Part shown: positions 1 to 12,011 of the stretch, piece after piece | Numbering within the stretch: position 1 is the first letter of the stretch | Layout: the number at the start of each line of letters is the position of its first letter | Origin: Paragordius varius | Taxonomy: Eukaryota > Animalia > Nematomorpha | Direction: 5' to 3' | NCBI GenBank assembly: GCA_964247055.1 | Contig: OZ176050.1 | Coordinates: 3,162,001-3,226,000, forward strand | Length of the DNA: 64,000 bases | Position numbers and translations under genes: made by a program | Notes under the pieces: generated by a model | Told to the model about the DNA's origin: nothing | Database searches by the model: none | Seen by the model: the letters and a program-made list of their open reading frames with translations, nothing else

Positions 1-1146
1 TTTCCAATACCTTGCATTATATTTTATATGTTTAATTATGGTAGGATTTATTTCATTTATGTTTTGTAGTGTAAAGAACCTTTTCTTTTTAACTTTTTCG
101 ATCAAAATGCCTGTTATAAAAACATCTTCATTTTTGAGCGGTTTTGCACCATGTGACACGTTAAGGAGTTTTGAGATTATTTCAGAATCTGTTGGCAATA
201 AATAGGCTGAACCAAGACAAAAATTGGGGTAAGGACCTAGGAAGGGCCATTCCACAAATGAAACATAATTTTTATGTCTAACATCACGAATTGGGAACCA
301 ATTCTCAGCCACATCGCATATAAAAGCATTAGATTTTGAGGCAAAACCTTCTGGGACTTTTGGGAAAGTCGTTTTGGTAGTAGATGTATTGCTGACACTT
401 TGGGTTAAAATATTAATTGGTTTATTATCTAAGGGCATTTTATCGCTAAAATAATCTTTGAGTAATAAAGGTATGTTGGGGAATGTATCATCATCTATCT
501 TCAAAATTAATGGTTGGAAAACATTTTTACGCTTCTGGAAAAAGGAGACGTGTTGATTTAATTTATGAGCATACATAATACCGAGTATAGTTTTGTAAGG
601 TAAATGCTTATAATTATCATCAAAATTGGCTTGTAACATGTCATTATACATTTCATTTTCATAATCCAATTTTGTATTGTAATAATTTTGTAAATAATCA
701 TGTCTGTGTTCTGGAACCAAATTACCTACCAAGAATACATGTTTTACAGTTATTGTACATTTCATTGTTAAATTTTTACGGCTATTATTGGATGGCAAGT
801 TTATTTCATATGACTCTTTGGCTAGCCATGTACTCCTAATCAATTTTCGCCGTAAAAAATTTAAGGATTTCGACAAAATCACAATGATTAATAAGTTTTG
901 TTCACGCATTTTTTTGTATTGTTCAACGGTGTGCGTCGGTTGACGTATTATTTGAACATTGGTTAAGTTTAACAGAGTTATTGGTTTTTGGTAGGCAAAA
1001 ACATAAGTATATTGTTGGTCAGCAGCCTTATCCCTATTTTGTCCGGGCGAAGTCCTTAAGTAAATTAAGGGGATAAACCATAAATTGCTTTCATACACAT
1101 AATAGATAATTGTAAAAATCAATAACAATCCAAAATATCGAAACAT
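1..1146 (-). CDS. Beta-1,3-galactosyltransferase-family (GT31, Galactosyl_T) type II membrane glycosyltransferase; intronless, 3' end runs off the window
   Basis: Hand translation from ATG at 1146 gives 382 codons with no stop. N-terminal TM segment (FGLLLIFTIIYYVY), then GT31 motifs in order: LLIIVILSKSLNFLRRKLIRSTW, HVFLVG, DMLQANFDDNYKHLPYKTILG, LKIDDDTFPN (DxD), PYPNFCLGSAYLL, EDVFITGIL. Probably missing from the ORF track because no stop codon lies in the window. Confidence 0.92.
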   Translation of the reverse strand, partial: MFRYFGLLLIFTIIYYVYESNLWFIPLIYLRTSPGQNRDKAADQQYTYVFAYQKPITLLNLTNVQIIRQPTHTVEQYKKMREQNLLIIVILSKSLNFLRRKLIRSTWLAKESYEINLPSNNSRKNLTMKCTITVKHVFLVGNLVPEHRHDYLQNYYNTKLDYENEMYNDMLQANFDDNYKHLPYKTILGIMYAHKLNQHVSFFQKRKNVFQPLILKIDDDTFPNIPLLLKDYFSDKMPLDNKPINILTQSVSNTSTTKTTFPKVPEGFASKSNAFICDVAENWFPIRDVRHKNYVSFVEWPFLGPYPNFCLGSAYLLPTDSEIISKLLNVSHGAKPLKNEDVFITGILIEKVKKKRFFTLQNINEINPTIIKHIKYNARYWK

Positions 1147-2319
1147 TTCAATTAATTTATAGGATTAAGCCTACGTCGATATGTTTTGTAATGCTGATTC
1201 GATATAATAATAGGTATTTTATTAATAAGCTAACTGCTATCAAAAACATCCTAGTTCAATGGCCAAAAATTCGAAAAAAACAAAAAATTTGTACTCACTA
1301 ATCCAATGTCAAATTATTTTTTGGCTAAAATATCTTATTTATTGTGGTTATAACTGATATATAAAAATATTAGGTGTAAATTTTTAATCATTTACACTTT
1401 CATATGGTGTGGTAAAGTTTTATATCACTTTATTTGATACAAATAAATGAAAAGCTTATCAACAATATTTAGCAGATATAATAACATATTTTTTATCTTC
1501 AGGCTATTTCGAAAAATTGCGCGGCCATTAAGGTCAAGTAAGATGGTGACAAAGAAAAGTAATATGTGCTATATATCCGAATTTCAGGGCACAAACTTAA
1601 AAGACCTAAAAAGCAAACGTGTAGGAATAGGTGCTTCATGATAAAATCCGCTTAAAAATATATTTCCTTGTATATATGACAGTAGAATCGTGTGTTGGCT
1701 GTCTGCAGGCTAAAAAATTATCATTGTATTTCCTTATTTATGAAATATAACAGATTCGATTTAGCTAAATAATGCAATGCCCTTTTTACAACCGATTTCA
1801 TTTAGGTCAAGGCGCTCCAATATTACAATATTTAAAAAGGCAGATTTAAATATGGAAAAAAAAATAAAATGTTGTGTTTAGTTTCAGTACAGCTGTCAAG
1901 CCAAGGCTTTTAAACCACCTTCTCTGCATCATATGGTTATAATTCTATCGTTAAAAAGAATTACTGTTTCTTCTCGTTTATCCTAAAATGTTATTTTAAA
2001 AATCTATGCAATTTATATAGTAGATATGATCATATTAGTTAAATGGATGTTCTCATTATTTAGCCCATTAGGTTCTAGGAGTTGGCCACATGCATTTTAG
2101 CGCGATTCTTTGCCTAAACTTTATAAAGCATCCACCTTGATATATATAAAAAAATATGTTTTCGTTTTAACATATAAATTATGGGGGCAAAAATACAACA
2201 AGTAGATTAATATTAAATTTTATGGATATTATCGTTTTTTATTTTTTCTACAATATGGATTTTAAGGCCCACTTTCGGATTAAGAATCCAATTTTCTATT
2301 TATAAAATTAGGAATACTA

Positions 2320-2566
2320 CAGTAAAAATTAAAATTATACGAACAAAACGTAAAAATATAACGACAAATATATATTTTATTAAAAGACAGCCATACTTTT
2401 ATAATCTTGATTTCTTTAATATAACTCATTGTTTTAAACTGCAAAGTATAAAATAGAAATGTAAATTCGTAATACAAACAAAGGTTCATATAAGTATGGT
2501 TGTCTTTTGAAATAAAAAATTGCCTATTGTTTTTACATTTTGTCCGTATAATTTTCAATTTTAATG
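2320..2566. mobile_element. Tc1/mariner-type MITE (family A)
   Basis: TA|CAGTAAAAATTAAAATTATACGAACAAAA...TTTTGTCCGTATAATTTTCAATTTTAATG|TA: imperfect TIRs with TA flanks; same family at 2724, 8953, 43919, 45222 and a fragment at 50187. Confidence 0.75.
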
Positions 2567-2723
2567 TAATATAGCTAATATTTTTTCTAAAATTAGATAT
2601 TATCTAACCTTTGATGATAGATAAAAAGCACAATCTAACCCTAGAAAATATTTATCCGCTGTAATTTGTTATTATATTATAAAACTCATTGTTTGAAACC
2701 ACACCGTCTGAAATAGGGATGTA

Positions 2724-2892
2724 CAGTAAAAACTGAAATTATAAGAAAGGACAAAACGTATTCAAAACAACGAGTTAGTTTTATTGAAATAAAAGATTTA
2801 AAAAGTATGGTTTGTCTTTTGGAAAAAAACATTTGTCTTTATATTTTTGTCTTTATATTTTTGTTTTGTCCCTATAATTTCAGATTTTACTG
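2724..2892. mobile_element. Tc1/mariner-type MITE (family A), shorter copy
   Basis: TA|CAGTAAAAACTGAAATTATAAG...CTATAATTTCAGATTTTACTG|TA; TIRs and TA flanks. Confidence 0.75.
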
Positions 2893-3971
2893 TATTCTCT
2901 GAAAAAAATATATTTAACCAAATATAAGCAAATTTTGCGATTTAAATAGTACGTACCTTAGAATATGAGTCGGTCCAATAAAAAATTGAAAAAAGCTTTA
3001 AAAATATAAAAATAGATGTTTTACCAAATTTTTTTGATTAACTCATCGGTGTATATTTATAAGTAATAATTTACACAAGTGTGCTCTTAATGCACAGTAG
3101 CGTATAGCATGGAAAAAAGTTTGTCCATAATTCAACAACAAAATTAATGTGGCAATATAGGAAACAATACCAATTTTCATCCATTTATTGTTTTTAACCA
3201 TATGCTACTGGAAGAGCTTAATATATTATACCCGTATATATGGTAAAATTGTTGTATAAATGACTAATTTTCTTTAAATTTAACAGTATTTTTGAAATAA
3301 TTTGGCCAAACAGTTGAATATATTTAAGATTTCATATTTACCATAAAATTTTATTTAAAATAAGTAAAAAAAAACTCAATCTTGGGAAAACAAATGATTT
3401 TTAAATTATAATATATGCAAACACACTTGAACAAATCGGAATATTTTTGAAAAATGAAATTTTAAGACAAAACAAAAAAAGTAAAAAAAAATATTTTCTA
3501 TGAAAAACAACCATTCGTAATTATAATTATAACAATTGTATTTACAAAAGAGTGTTTAAAAAGAATGAATTTAAATTATTTTAATAGATAAATTATTTTA
3601 AAGATAATATATTAAATATACAGTTTCGAGTTTCTTCTTTTATTTTTTTTATTAAAGGGTAAACTTAAATTGTATCGGGACATGTGGAAGGCTTTAACAC
3701 TCGCCTGCCCAGAGCTGACAGTGATGATGGAAAAAATGCGTAGTTCGGGGTTCGAACTCCGGCACGCAGTGTGAGAATCCATATTATCTTGCTCTATTGG
3801 TATTATAAAAAAAATATGTTTACCGCCTGAATTTTAGAAATTCTTCAAACTATTTTATATCATTTCCATATTTTACAAAGCGACAACCAAACTTTTAGAA
3901 ATCTTGATTTCCAAAAATAATTTATTGTTTCAAATTGCGAAATAAAGAATAAACATGTTAATTATGTGTAA

Positions 3972-5396
3972 TCTATATATTTATAAAAATGGAAAATGCT
4001 GGCTTTGTGATCTGTTTTCGGAAAACCGGTAGACCCGTTCAATTCCACACATCAAAAATATAATCATTAATGAATGCCCCGACAATAGCTTCGCTCTTTT
4101 TTTGGAACAGGCTCCCAGATTGGGCCCACCCCGTGTGAAAAACGGGTTTTTTTGAAAACAGAAGTCCACAAAAATCGTGTTTTTGAGACAATTTTCCGGA
4201 GAACGTGTTGGACCATTCAATTTCAAATGATTTTTGTTTACATATTTTTGATTGCGCCTTTTTTAATTTTTGGCCCTCTTTTTACCCGCTCCACCTGTAA
4301 AATGCCATTTTTAAAACAAAGTCCACAAAAATAATTTTTTGATTCTATTTTTCGCCCAACGTATGAGACCGTAAAAATTCAATATGGATTTCACGTATCC
4401 CTGTTAAAAGGCAAAAATGTCAAGCGTTTCTTTGATGATAGCTGCAGGGAGCCCGCTTAAAACTGACCCAATATCGAAATGGCGTGCTATTGGGGCTGAA
4501 TTTCAGAAAACCTATCAGGCCAAATATAGTTCAATAGCTGCTTAAAGTATTACCCATAAAAAAATTGGATCATGTGGTTTTTAAAAATATCCGTTAGGCC
4601 CTCACGCCCTAAAAATGCGCCACCATAGAAAGATTTTTTAATTTTAAGCCAATTCCAAACACTATTAAGAGCATATGGAATCAATCATGATTCCAGGTAT
4701 TCTCCGTATAAAGGGAAAAATTTTAATCAAGCGCATTTTTTGTATCACCCTTTGGGAAGGGAGCTACCTGCCAAAAACTGCGCCACTATATAGAAAATAC
4801 GTTGTTTTGGAACTATTTTAAAGAAAACTTATGCCATATGAGCTCATTTATAGTTCGAATACCCGTAACTGGGTAAAATCAAGGTCAGGCCTTTTTTATT
4901 AGCCGTTAATTTGGGGCCTTTATGCCCTAATACGCCATCATATAACGATTATTTAGTGTTGAAGTATTTTTTCAAATAATCCATGAGACTATGGTTTCAG
5001 CGCTTTTTCCATATGGGCCTATGGGTAAGGGTCTACGGGTTTAAAACTGAGATGCCATGCAAAAATGGCGTGGCTTTGGAGATACTATTCAAAAAACTTA
5101 AGAAGCCATACGAGTTCAATTAAGGCTTTATATATTACGCATAAAAAGGTAAATATTATAGTATAGCTGTTTTTTTCCGTTAGCCGTCAATTTGGGGCCT
5201 TTACACCAGTAAATAATATATTAGTATGGATGCAACAATTAGAAAATCTTATGAAATCATAGCTATTTAATAATGTTTCGAAATAATCCCCATATATGGA
5301 TCATTTTATTGATCCCTTTTTTAAAATAGCCCACCCCCCTCCCCAGAAGTGCGAAGGACTTCCTCGGGCTGCGTAGCAGCACGAGATTTATGTTAG
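3972..5396 (+). mobile_element. Non-autonomous Helitron
   Basis: A|TCTATATATTTATAAAAATGG 5' end; GC-rich 3' hairpin CTCG-G-GCTGC-GTA-GCAGC-A-CGAG (5363-5385) followed by TTAG|T (CTAG in the copy at 24544); inserted between A and T with no TSD. Homologous copies at 9635 and 24544-26012. Confidence 0.85.
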
Positions 5397-5624
5397 TATT
5401 TAAATAAATGTTTAAATTAGAAATCTGCGGAGACCTATATATACGAACATATGTATTATAAATAAACTTGAGTTATGACTAAGTGTTTTTAGAAGAGCCA
5501 ATTTGTCCATAATTTAGAGAGTATCGCTAATGTTAGCCGCTTAGTTTTAGGTTTCAAGTATGCTGTAATAATAGTGGTACAATCAAATTTAAATAATAAA
5601 ATAAAATTTTTATAATGTAAATCA

Positions 5625-5826
5625 TATGGGAGGGAACCAGTAATTAAGGGGGTCAGAACCGGGTCGGTTCTTAAAAATTTATAGAAAGAACCGGGGTGGG
5701 GGTTCCTGAAATTTTGGAATCGGTGCCGGAGTAGTTCCCGGAGAATTGGGACCGGCGTCGATTCCATCCCAATGGAACCGGCTCTTAGTAAAATCCCAGG
5801 AACCGGGTTCCGGTTCCCCAATACTA
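5625..5826. mobile_element. GAACCGG/CCGGTTC-rich MITE-like element
   Basis: GC-rich island made of inverted GAACCGG motifs, similar in composition to the TSD-flanked element at 52290-52458; left end and TSD not resolved. Confidence 0.45.
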
Positions 5827-6030
5827 AATAAAGTTTTTACTTTAGATAGCTAAAAAAAGAAAAAAAAATTGAGAGGTGTCGAAAGATATTTACTGTCTAC
5901 ATATTTATGCTGGCCTTATTGTTGGCCCATATTGGCAACTTAGTAGTGTATGTATGGGTAAAAACAACAAATTTGTAAAATTTAACATTTTTTTTGGTTA
6001 AATAATTATGTACAAAATTTATTTTATAAA

Positions 6031-6078
<48 letters not shown>

Positions 6079-8341
6079 CTATATTTCAACAGGCAATTAT
6101 ATAACCCTTGATTATATCTTTCTATTAATTTTCTATTTGATTTTCTATTATCATTATATTACGAATTTTACAATTGTTAATTATCTATATATGTTTTTTA
6201 GTATGAGCTGGTTATATACACTAGAGCCCTAACAAAACAAATCAAACACCTCTGCACCTATATTTACTTTTAGAATTTTTTTTATATAATTAATGATTGA
6301 TATGTCTAATCATAGGAGAATCAGAAATTTTTATATGATTGTAAATAAAATTAAGAGCTAACATCATTTTAAAAGCGATTTTTATGTGTAGATGCGCAAA
6401 AATGTAACAAAATAATACAATAATATGACTTGATTTGTTGGCGTATTACTTTAATTTTATAATATCGTACATTTATAAAATTTTTCAAATCAAATATATT
6501 TGACATCTGGAAGGACTGGAACCATATTTAATTCATTATTTTCGGTCCTTTTATGTTTAGTAGTTATGACTTTGGTATTTACTGAAAACAGCCTATTTGT
6601 ATGAGTCAGGAATTATATAAACACTTATTTTGTGCCATTTTTCAACATAAGATACTATCAAAATTATGTTAACATTGTATAATTAAATAATTTAAAAAAA
6701 TATTTGGTGTTAAAACAAGAAGTTCCAGAAAAGTTTAATGGAATGAATGTGCAGTTATGACTGACATACCTGCACGAAAAATTCAATCCTGTATACTGGT
6801 TTAAACCTTTTGACTCATTGAATATTTTTATTGATATAGAGATGATTGATTGGTTATACTTATAGTTCAAAACAGCTTTTACTATATCTCTATTTAGAAA
6901 TATTTGCTAAAATTTTATAGCCTATGAATAAATTGTCTTTTGTTGTGATAGTACATGGGTAAAGTTGAAATATTTAATTAATCGAAAAATTAATATGATT
7001 GGTAAATTTATAAATTATCAAGCAAATATATAATTGAAAATCCCCGATATTTTTTAACTTTGTGCCATCTAATTATTGACCAGTTAGTTATCAATTTATA
7101 ATTGACAGATTTATCCATAGCTAATTATGATTTATTGGTATCTATTATTTTATATGCGGGTTTTTGGCCTGTGAAAAGCTATTTTAAAAAAGCTTGAATT
7201 CTCCTATATTAAACGCCTATAAAAAAACAAAAAAATATATCTAGTTATGTTTTAAAAAATTTTTGTCACCCTAAATTATATATCATAAATTATAAAATTG
7301 AATTATCTGAAATAAGGCAATTTTTATTATATATAAAATAAATGCGAAGTTACATACCTTTCTGAAGTAAGTTTGACAAAAGATTAATTGGGGAAAGCCA
7401 TTTCATTGGTATGAATGAAATGTAATGAAAAATATTTTAGAATTATCTAATTTTGTGATATTCGTAAAAAAGCTACTTATAAAATTATATGCTTACAATT
7501 GATTTGATAATGATTGAATTCTCAATAAAATTTGGCGAAATAGGGTTGATTTAACTACTTTTTATTTATTGCGCTCTCCTGCTAAATAAAAAAATATTTT
7601 TTCTAACATTTTTGTTCAATGTATTGCATAATTAATAATTACACAATTTATTTCTCATGTATTTTATGTTTACTATTCGTTGTTTTTCAGTATCTAACTT
7701 TAAAATAAGGCTGGAAAAATTATATCAGTATTTTTATATGACTTATATTAGGGTTACAAAATTTATGTTTTTAAGGTTATTTAGATCCCGGTTTCAATTC
7801 AAAAAAGGGGATTTAAAGGAAATGGTGGTGGTTTCAAACATTCTTTTTTATTAAAAACATTTTAGGTCCGCTATGTATTTTGAAAAGGTTTTAATTCAAC
7901 TTTGGCTCCAATAGTTATATTTTTTATTGGATTCACAAATACCGTAATTCTTAATATTAGCATAATGTATAAAAATTAATGAAAGCATATAACAGGCTTT
8001 TTCCGAATTTACAAAATACAGTTCAGGAAAATAATATTAATGAGCTAGTGTAATGTCATTCATTACATTTATATTTATATTCTACATGTATAACTTTATT
8101 TATTGAGAAATCTAATTTTAAATGAGGATAAGGTGACTTTTACTCCTAATTCGAATGAACATAACTTTTTGCAATAAATATGTTAAATTTATATATTATA
8201 TATAGGTTAAGCCATACACTCGGCTATTTTTAAATAAAAGTGTTGGAATTATATTTATTTGATTAATTAAATATCCCTCACAAGTAAGCCCCCAATAAAA
8301 GAATTATATAGTGTATTAAATTAAAAATCACAACACATACA

Positions 8342-8578
8342 TTATGTGTTTTTTGCAATGTAACTAACTTGACTGGAAGTTAGCGAATAACGGTTACAAT
8401 ATATAACATTGCTGGTATTGGCATCAGTATGCATAGCTTTGCACCCGATATCATCATTGCAGTAATATGGAGAGCAATCAACGTTATCGTACCCAGGGCA
8501 AGAACGAAGGGCACACGGATCGCATATCATTTTAAAACTGCGTCCCGGCCCACAACTTATGGCGTCTGAAACGTTAAA
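8342..8578 (-). CDS. Exon encoding a small 8-cysteine module (probably secreted); upstream exon not identified
   Basis: TTTTTAG|FNVSDAISCGPGRSFKMICDPCALRSCPGYDNVDCSPYYCNDDIGCKAMHTDANTSNVIYCNRY...stop. GC content is above background and the Cys spacing is regular. An alternative acceptor is at 8565. Confidence 0.55.
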   Translation of the reverse strand, partial: FNVSDAISCGPGRSFKMICDPCALRSCPGYDNVDCSPYYCNDDIGCKAMHTDANTSNVIYCNRYSLTSSQVSYIAKNT

Positions 8579-8952
8579 CTAAAAATAAATAAGATTGTGA
8601 AATGTTCCACAGTAAAAAATGAAATTTTGGAGATAAAATCTATCCTTTTATGTTGTTTAGAGGTGTAAATTAGTATATCACTTTCAATCATATATCCGAA
8701 GAAAAATAAAATAATATGGTTTGTGTGGGAAATAGCAAAGTTTAAAAAGCATGTTTTTTCAATAATAAATGTCAAGTAGTTTTTACATTTTGCTTTAGGT
8801 TTCAATTTTTAAAAATATAAAATAGTAAAATATAAATGATATGAGACCGACCTGTTTTTCAGCGGGCCTTGTGTGGCTACCATATATACTAAGAGATATC
8901 AAATAAAATTTATTTTTAACATTTAACCATTACATATAAAATTTTATATATA

Positions 8953-9200
8953 CAGTTTAAAATTATAGAGACAAACATAAAAATCAAAAGTTAAATCTAA
9001 TTTTTAAGAGACAATCATATATTTTAGACCATGTTTTTTTAAATATATAACTCATTGTTTTGTGTTGCAAAGTAGGGTATAGAGTGTTTAACTTAAAATT
9101 AGGTTATATGGGGTCATAGAAAAAAAGTGCAGCGGTCCTATGAAAAAATATATTGTCTTTATATTTTTACGTTTTTGTCTTTATAATTTCACATTTAATA
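8953..9200. mobile_element. Degraded family-A MITE
   Basis: TA|CAGTTTAAAATTATAGAGACAAA left end and TTGTCTTTATATTTTTACGTTTTTGTCTTTATAATTTC right arm; right terminus eroded. Confidence 0.55.
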
Positions 9201-9634
9201 TATAATCAATTATTAAATTACCATATAATCAGTAGGATACAAGAAATGGATAACGGTTGAGACATTATCAAAAACTTAAATTAATAGAAAAATACTAAAA
9301 ATCGGTTATAATTGGGGTTGATATTTTTACAGCAGTATATCAGTTATTATTATGGTAGGCCTTATACAAAAAATTATGAACGAAGTGTTATATCTCCCTA
9401 ATGCAACCTTTTATCAGTTCTATTCAAAAATATCGGCGATAAGTAATGAAAGATTATATTAGCTTTTAACAATATATACCTTTGATAACGTGTTTACGTC
9501 CTTTTACAACTTAAGATATTCTACGATTAGTTTGTGTGTTAATATAATGCTTCCTACTTTTTGCAGTTGTTTTCTATTTCTACTTTTAGCAATTGTTTTC
9601 TAATCGAATTATTTATGTAACGTGTTATTACAAA

Positions 9635-10012
9635 TCTATATCTATATATTTATAAAAATGGAAAATGCTGGCTTTGTGATCTGGTACAGGAAAACCGGTA
9701 GACCCAATCAAATCCAAATATCGAAAAAATATAATCGTTATTAAATGTCCCGACAATAGCTTCGCCCTTTTTTTGAAATAGGCCCCCAGTTCGGGCCCAC
9801 CCCGTATGAAAAACGGGTTTTTTTTTTGAAAACAGAAGTCCACAAAATCGTGTCTTTGAGACAATTTTCTGGAGAACGTGGTGGACCATTCAATTTCAAA
9901 TATAATTTTTGTTTACTTATTTTCGATTGCGCCGAACATAGTCGAGTCACTTTTTTGATTCAGGCCCTCTTTTTACACGCTACCCCCGTAAAATGCCATT
10001 TTTTTCAAAAAA
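9635..10012 (+). mobile_element. Helitron 5' module (3'-truncated copy)
   Basis: A|TCTATATCTATATATTTATAAAAATGGAAAATGCTGGCTTTGTGATC, closely matching 3972-4330 and the reverse complement of 24600-24964; no hairpin/CTAG end found. Confidence 0.8.
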
Positions 10013-10302
10013 ATCTTAACCTATAAATTTGAATGATAAAAATATAATTTTTTATCTGTTTTTCGCTATCACATAATAAAACATTGAGGGTAATGTAACA
10101 AATGTGTCTGTTTATTAATTAAACATAAGACTGTAAAAATACGAATAATCTTCACCGATTCGTGTTCATTTATGCTAAAATTTGTAAAGACCCGCTTAAA
10201 AATTGATAAAAAACTAGGATATATTGTAAAATTAATATTTTTGTGAATTATGGAATTTCGTATTTATTTGTTAGTTTTGATTTATCGTGGGCGAATATGA
10301 TA

Positions 10303-10512
10303 ATAAAAATATTAAATTGATTATTTGACAAATTAATTAACTTAAAAGTATATGGTTAGAATCCTACCATTCTTATCTAATCGCAAGATAAAAATATTAA
10401 ATTGATTAATGCTAAATTAATTAACCTAAAAGTATATGGTTAGAATCCTACCACACTTGCCTAATCTCAAAATAAAAATATTAAATTGATTAATGCTAAA
10501 TTGATTAACTTA
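10303..10512. repeat. Tandem repeat, ~84-85 bp unit, ~2.5 copies
   Basis: ATAAAAATATTAAATTGATT recurs at 10303, 10388 and 10472; AAAAGTATATGGTTAGAATCCTACCA occurs in the first two units. Confidence 0.85.
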
Positions 10513-12011
10513 GTATAAAAACTCTCTATGCTAGTGTCCGACTCACAAATTTAAACACGCATAAAGATTTTTTTTTTAAAAAAGGTGGTCGTCTTTCCAT
10601 ATGTTTGGATCAAGAGTAGTCCGAGTCAAGTTAATTATTATTATCATTGTATACAAATAGCTACAACAACAATAATAACCTTTCGCCTATCAAACTAATT
10701 GACTAACTTTAAGTTCTGCTTACAGATGATAGAGAACACAAGTTAATTTGGCTGAGCATAGGAACATGCTTTCAATTGATTCACCCCAACCCAACACAAA
10801 ACTCATGTGATAAGTATAACATCACTTTATATCATTACAACACACACATTGGCGGCTACTATATCATACATAAATGCATATTTCTCCGTCCATTAAAGAA
10901 GACATCTCAGAAATACGCACCTGTGGTACACAGTAAAAAGCCACAGTCATAATGATGCATGATGATGATATCAATATCAACCACAGAGAATTGTGCATGC
11001 ACATGTAAATTGGTTGGGATGAATCAAGGAACGATGTAGCGAAGACATCTGTTTGCTGGTATGTTCCCAATGCTGTACATAACACACACATGTACTCACA
11101 CAATGTTAACTGTGTGGAAATTTGTACAACTCCTTAAGCTTTTGGTCTCGGACCTTCCCGAAAATACATATTAAGCTACTAATCCTCAGTAATATCATGA
11201 GGATTTTTGCCATAAAATAATATGACTTTCATTGGCGAAACTTTGGCCCAAACATATTTAGGCGGATGGAAAGACAAGTGGTATAAAACAAAGCTGCTAT
11301 TTTTCTATATATATCCAACATTGAGTAAAATGTTCCTAATCAAAGTCGCTTAAATGGGATAATCACACAAAAGGGGCCAGAAACCAAAATAAAATGGGAA
11401 AATATACACAGGGTTTAATATTACATGTTTTTTATATAAAAATTTATTATTAAGAAATATAAGCACGTTTATATTCAAATATACGCCATCTAATTTCCGG
11501 AAAGGTTTTAAATTAATAGTGTTTGAAAACACTAGTTAATAAAGTTTTATCTATACTAACAATAATAGTTGTTAATTGTAAAAGTCGGATGCTGGAAATA
11601 GGTTTTAAAACCACTAAAACCGTTATTTTATTCAAATGGTTCAAGATACATTTGTAGCTAGTTCTATCCCTAATCTATATTTTTGAAAAAATAAGATTTT
11701 TTAGTTTTTTAAGGCCGATTTTTGGTGGTTTTAAATTCTATTTCATTATTGATGTAAATTAGTTTTATATATTTATAATATTCTACGCACTGATAGGAGT
11801 GGCGGTTTAAGCACGAGGTTTAATTCAATCTAAATTTGAGAGTTAAGACACCATATAATAACATCAAAAATAAAGGTGCTAACGCTGTAATAAGCGATGG
11901 ATAAAAAATGAATTATTTGGATTTTTTTCATCAACCAAACAATGAGGTTCTAAACGAAACAATTAAATGAGACTAACTGCACACATATACCCTGCCACAT
12001 ATAGAGTAAAT

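Noticed and set aside
3745-3810. tRNA gene (B-box-like GAGTTCGAACCC on the - strand)
   Set aside because: No convincing A-box, acceptor stem or cloverleaf; at most a tRNA-derived SINE relic.
3981-4334. ORFs 3981-4226, 4152-4334 and similar ORFs at 9628-10026, 24659-24955, 25710-26070
   Set aside because: They are translations of the repeated Helitron 5' module, with inconsistent frames between copies and no protein motifs.
5489-5821. 110-aa ORF MGNRNPVPG... (and the 86-aa ORF at 52231)
   Set aside because: Translation of GAACCGG-rich MITE sequence.
10303-10512. CRISPR-like repeat array
   Set aside because: Units are contiguous near-identical tandem copies without unique spacers; eukaryotic context and no cas genes.
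10860-11300. Possible SWIM/Mutator transposase remnant (CACTCK...HLFA) or gene in a more GC-rich patch
   Set aside because: Stops in all frames and the motif match is too weak to call.
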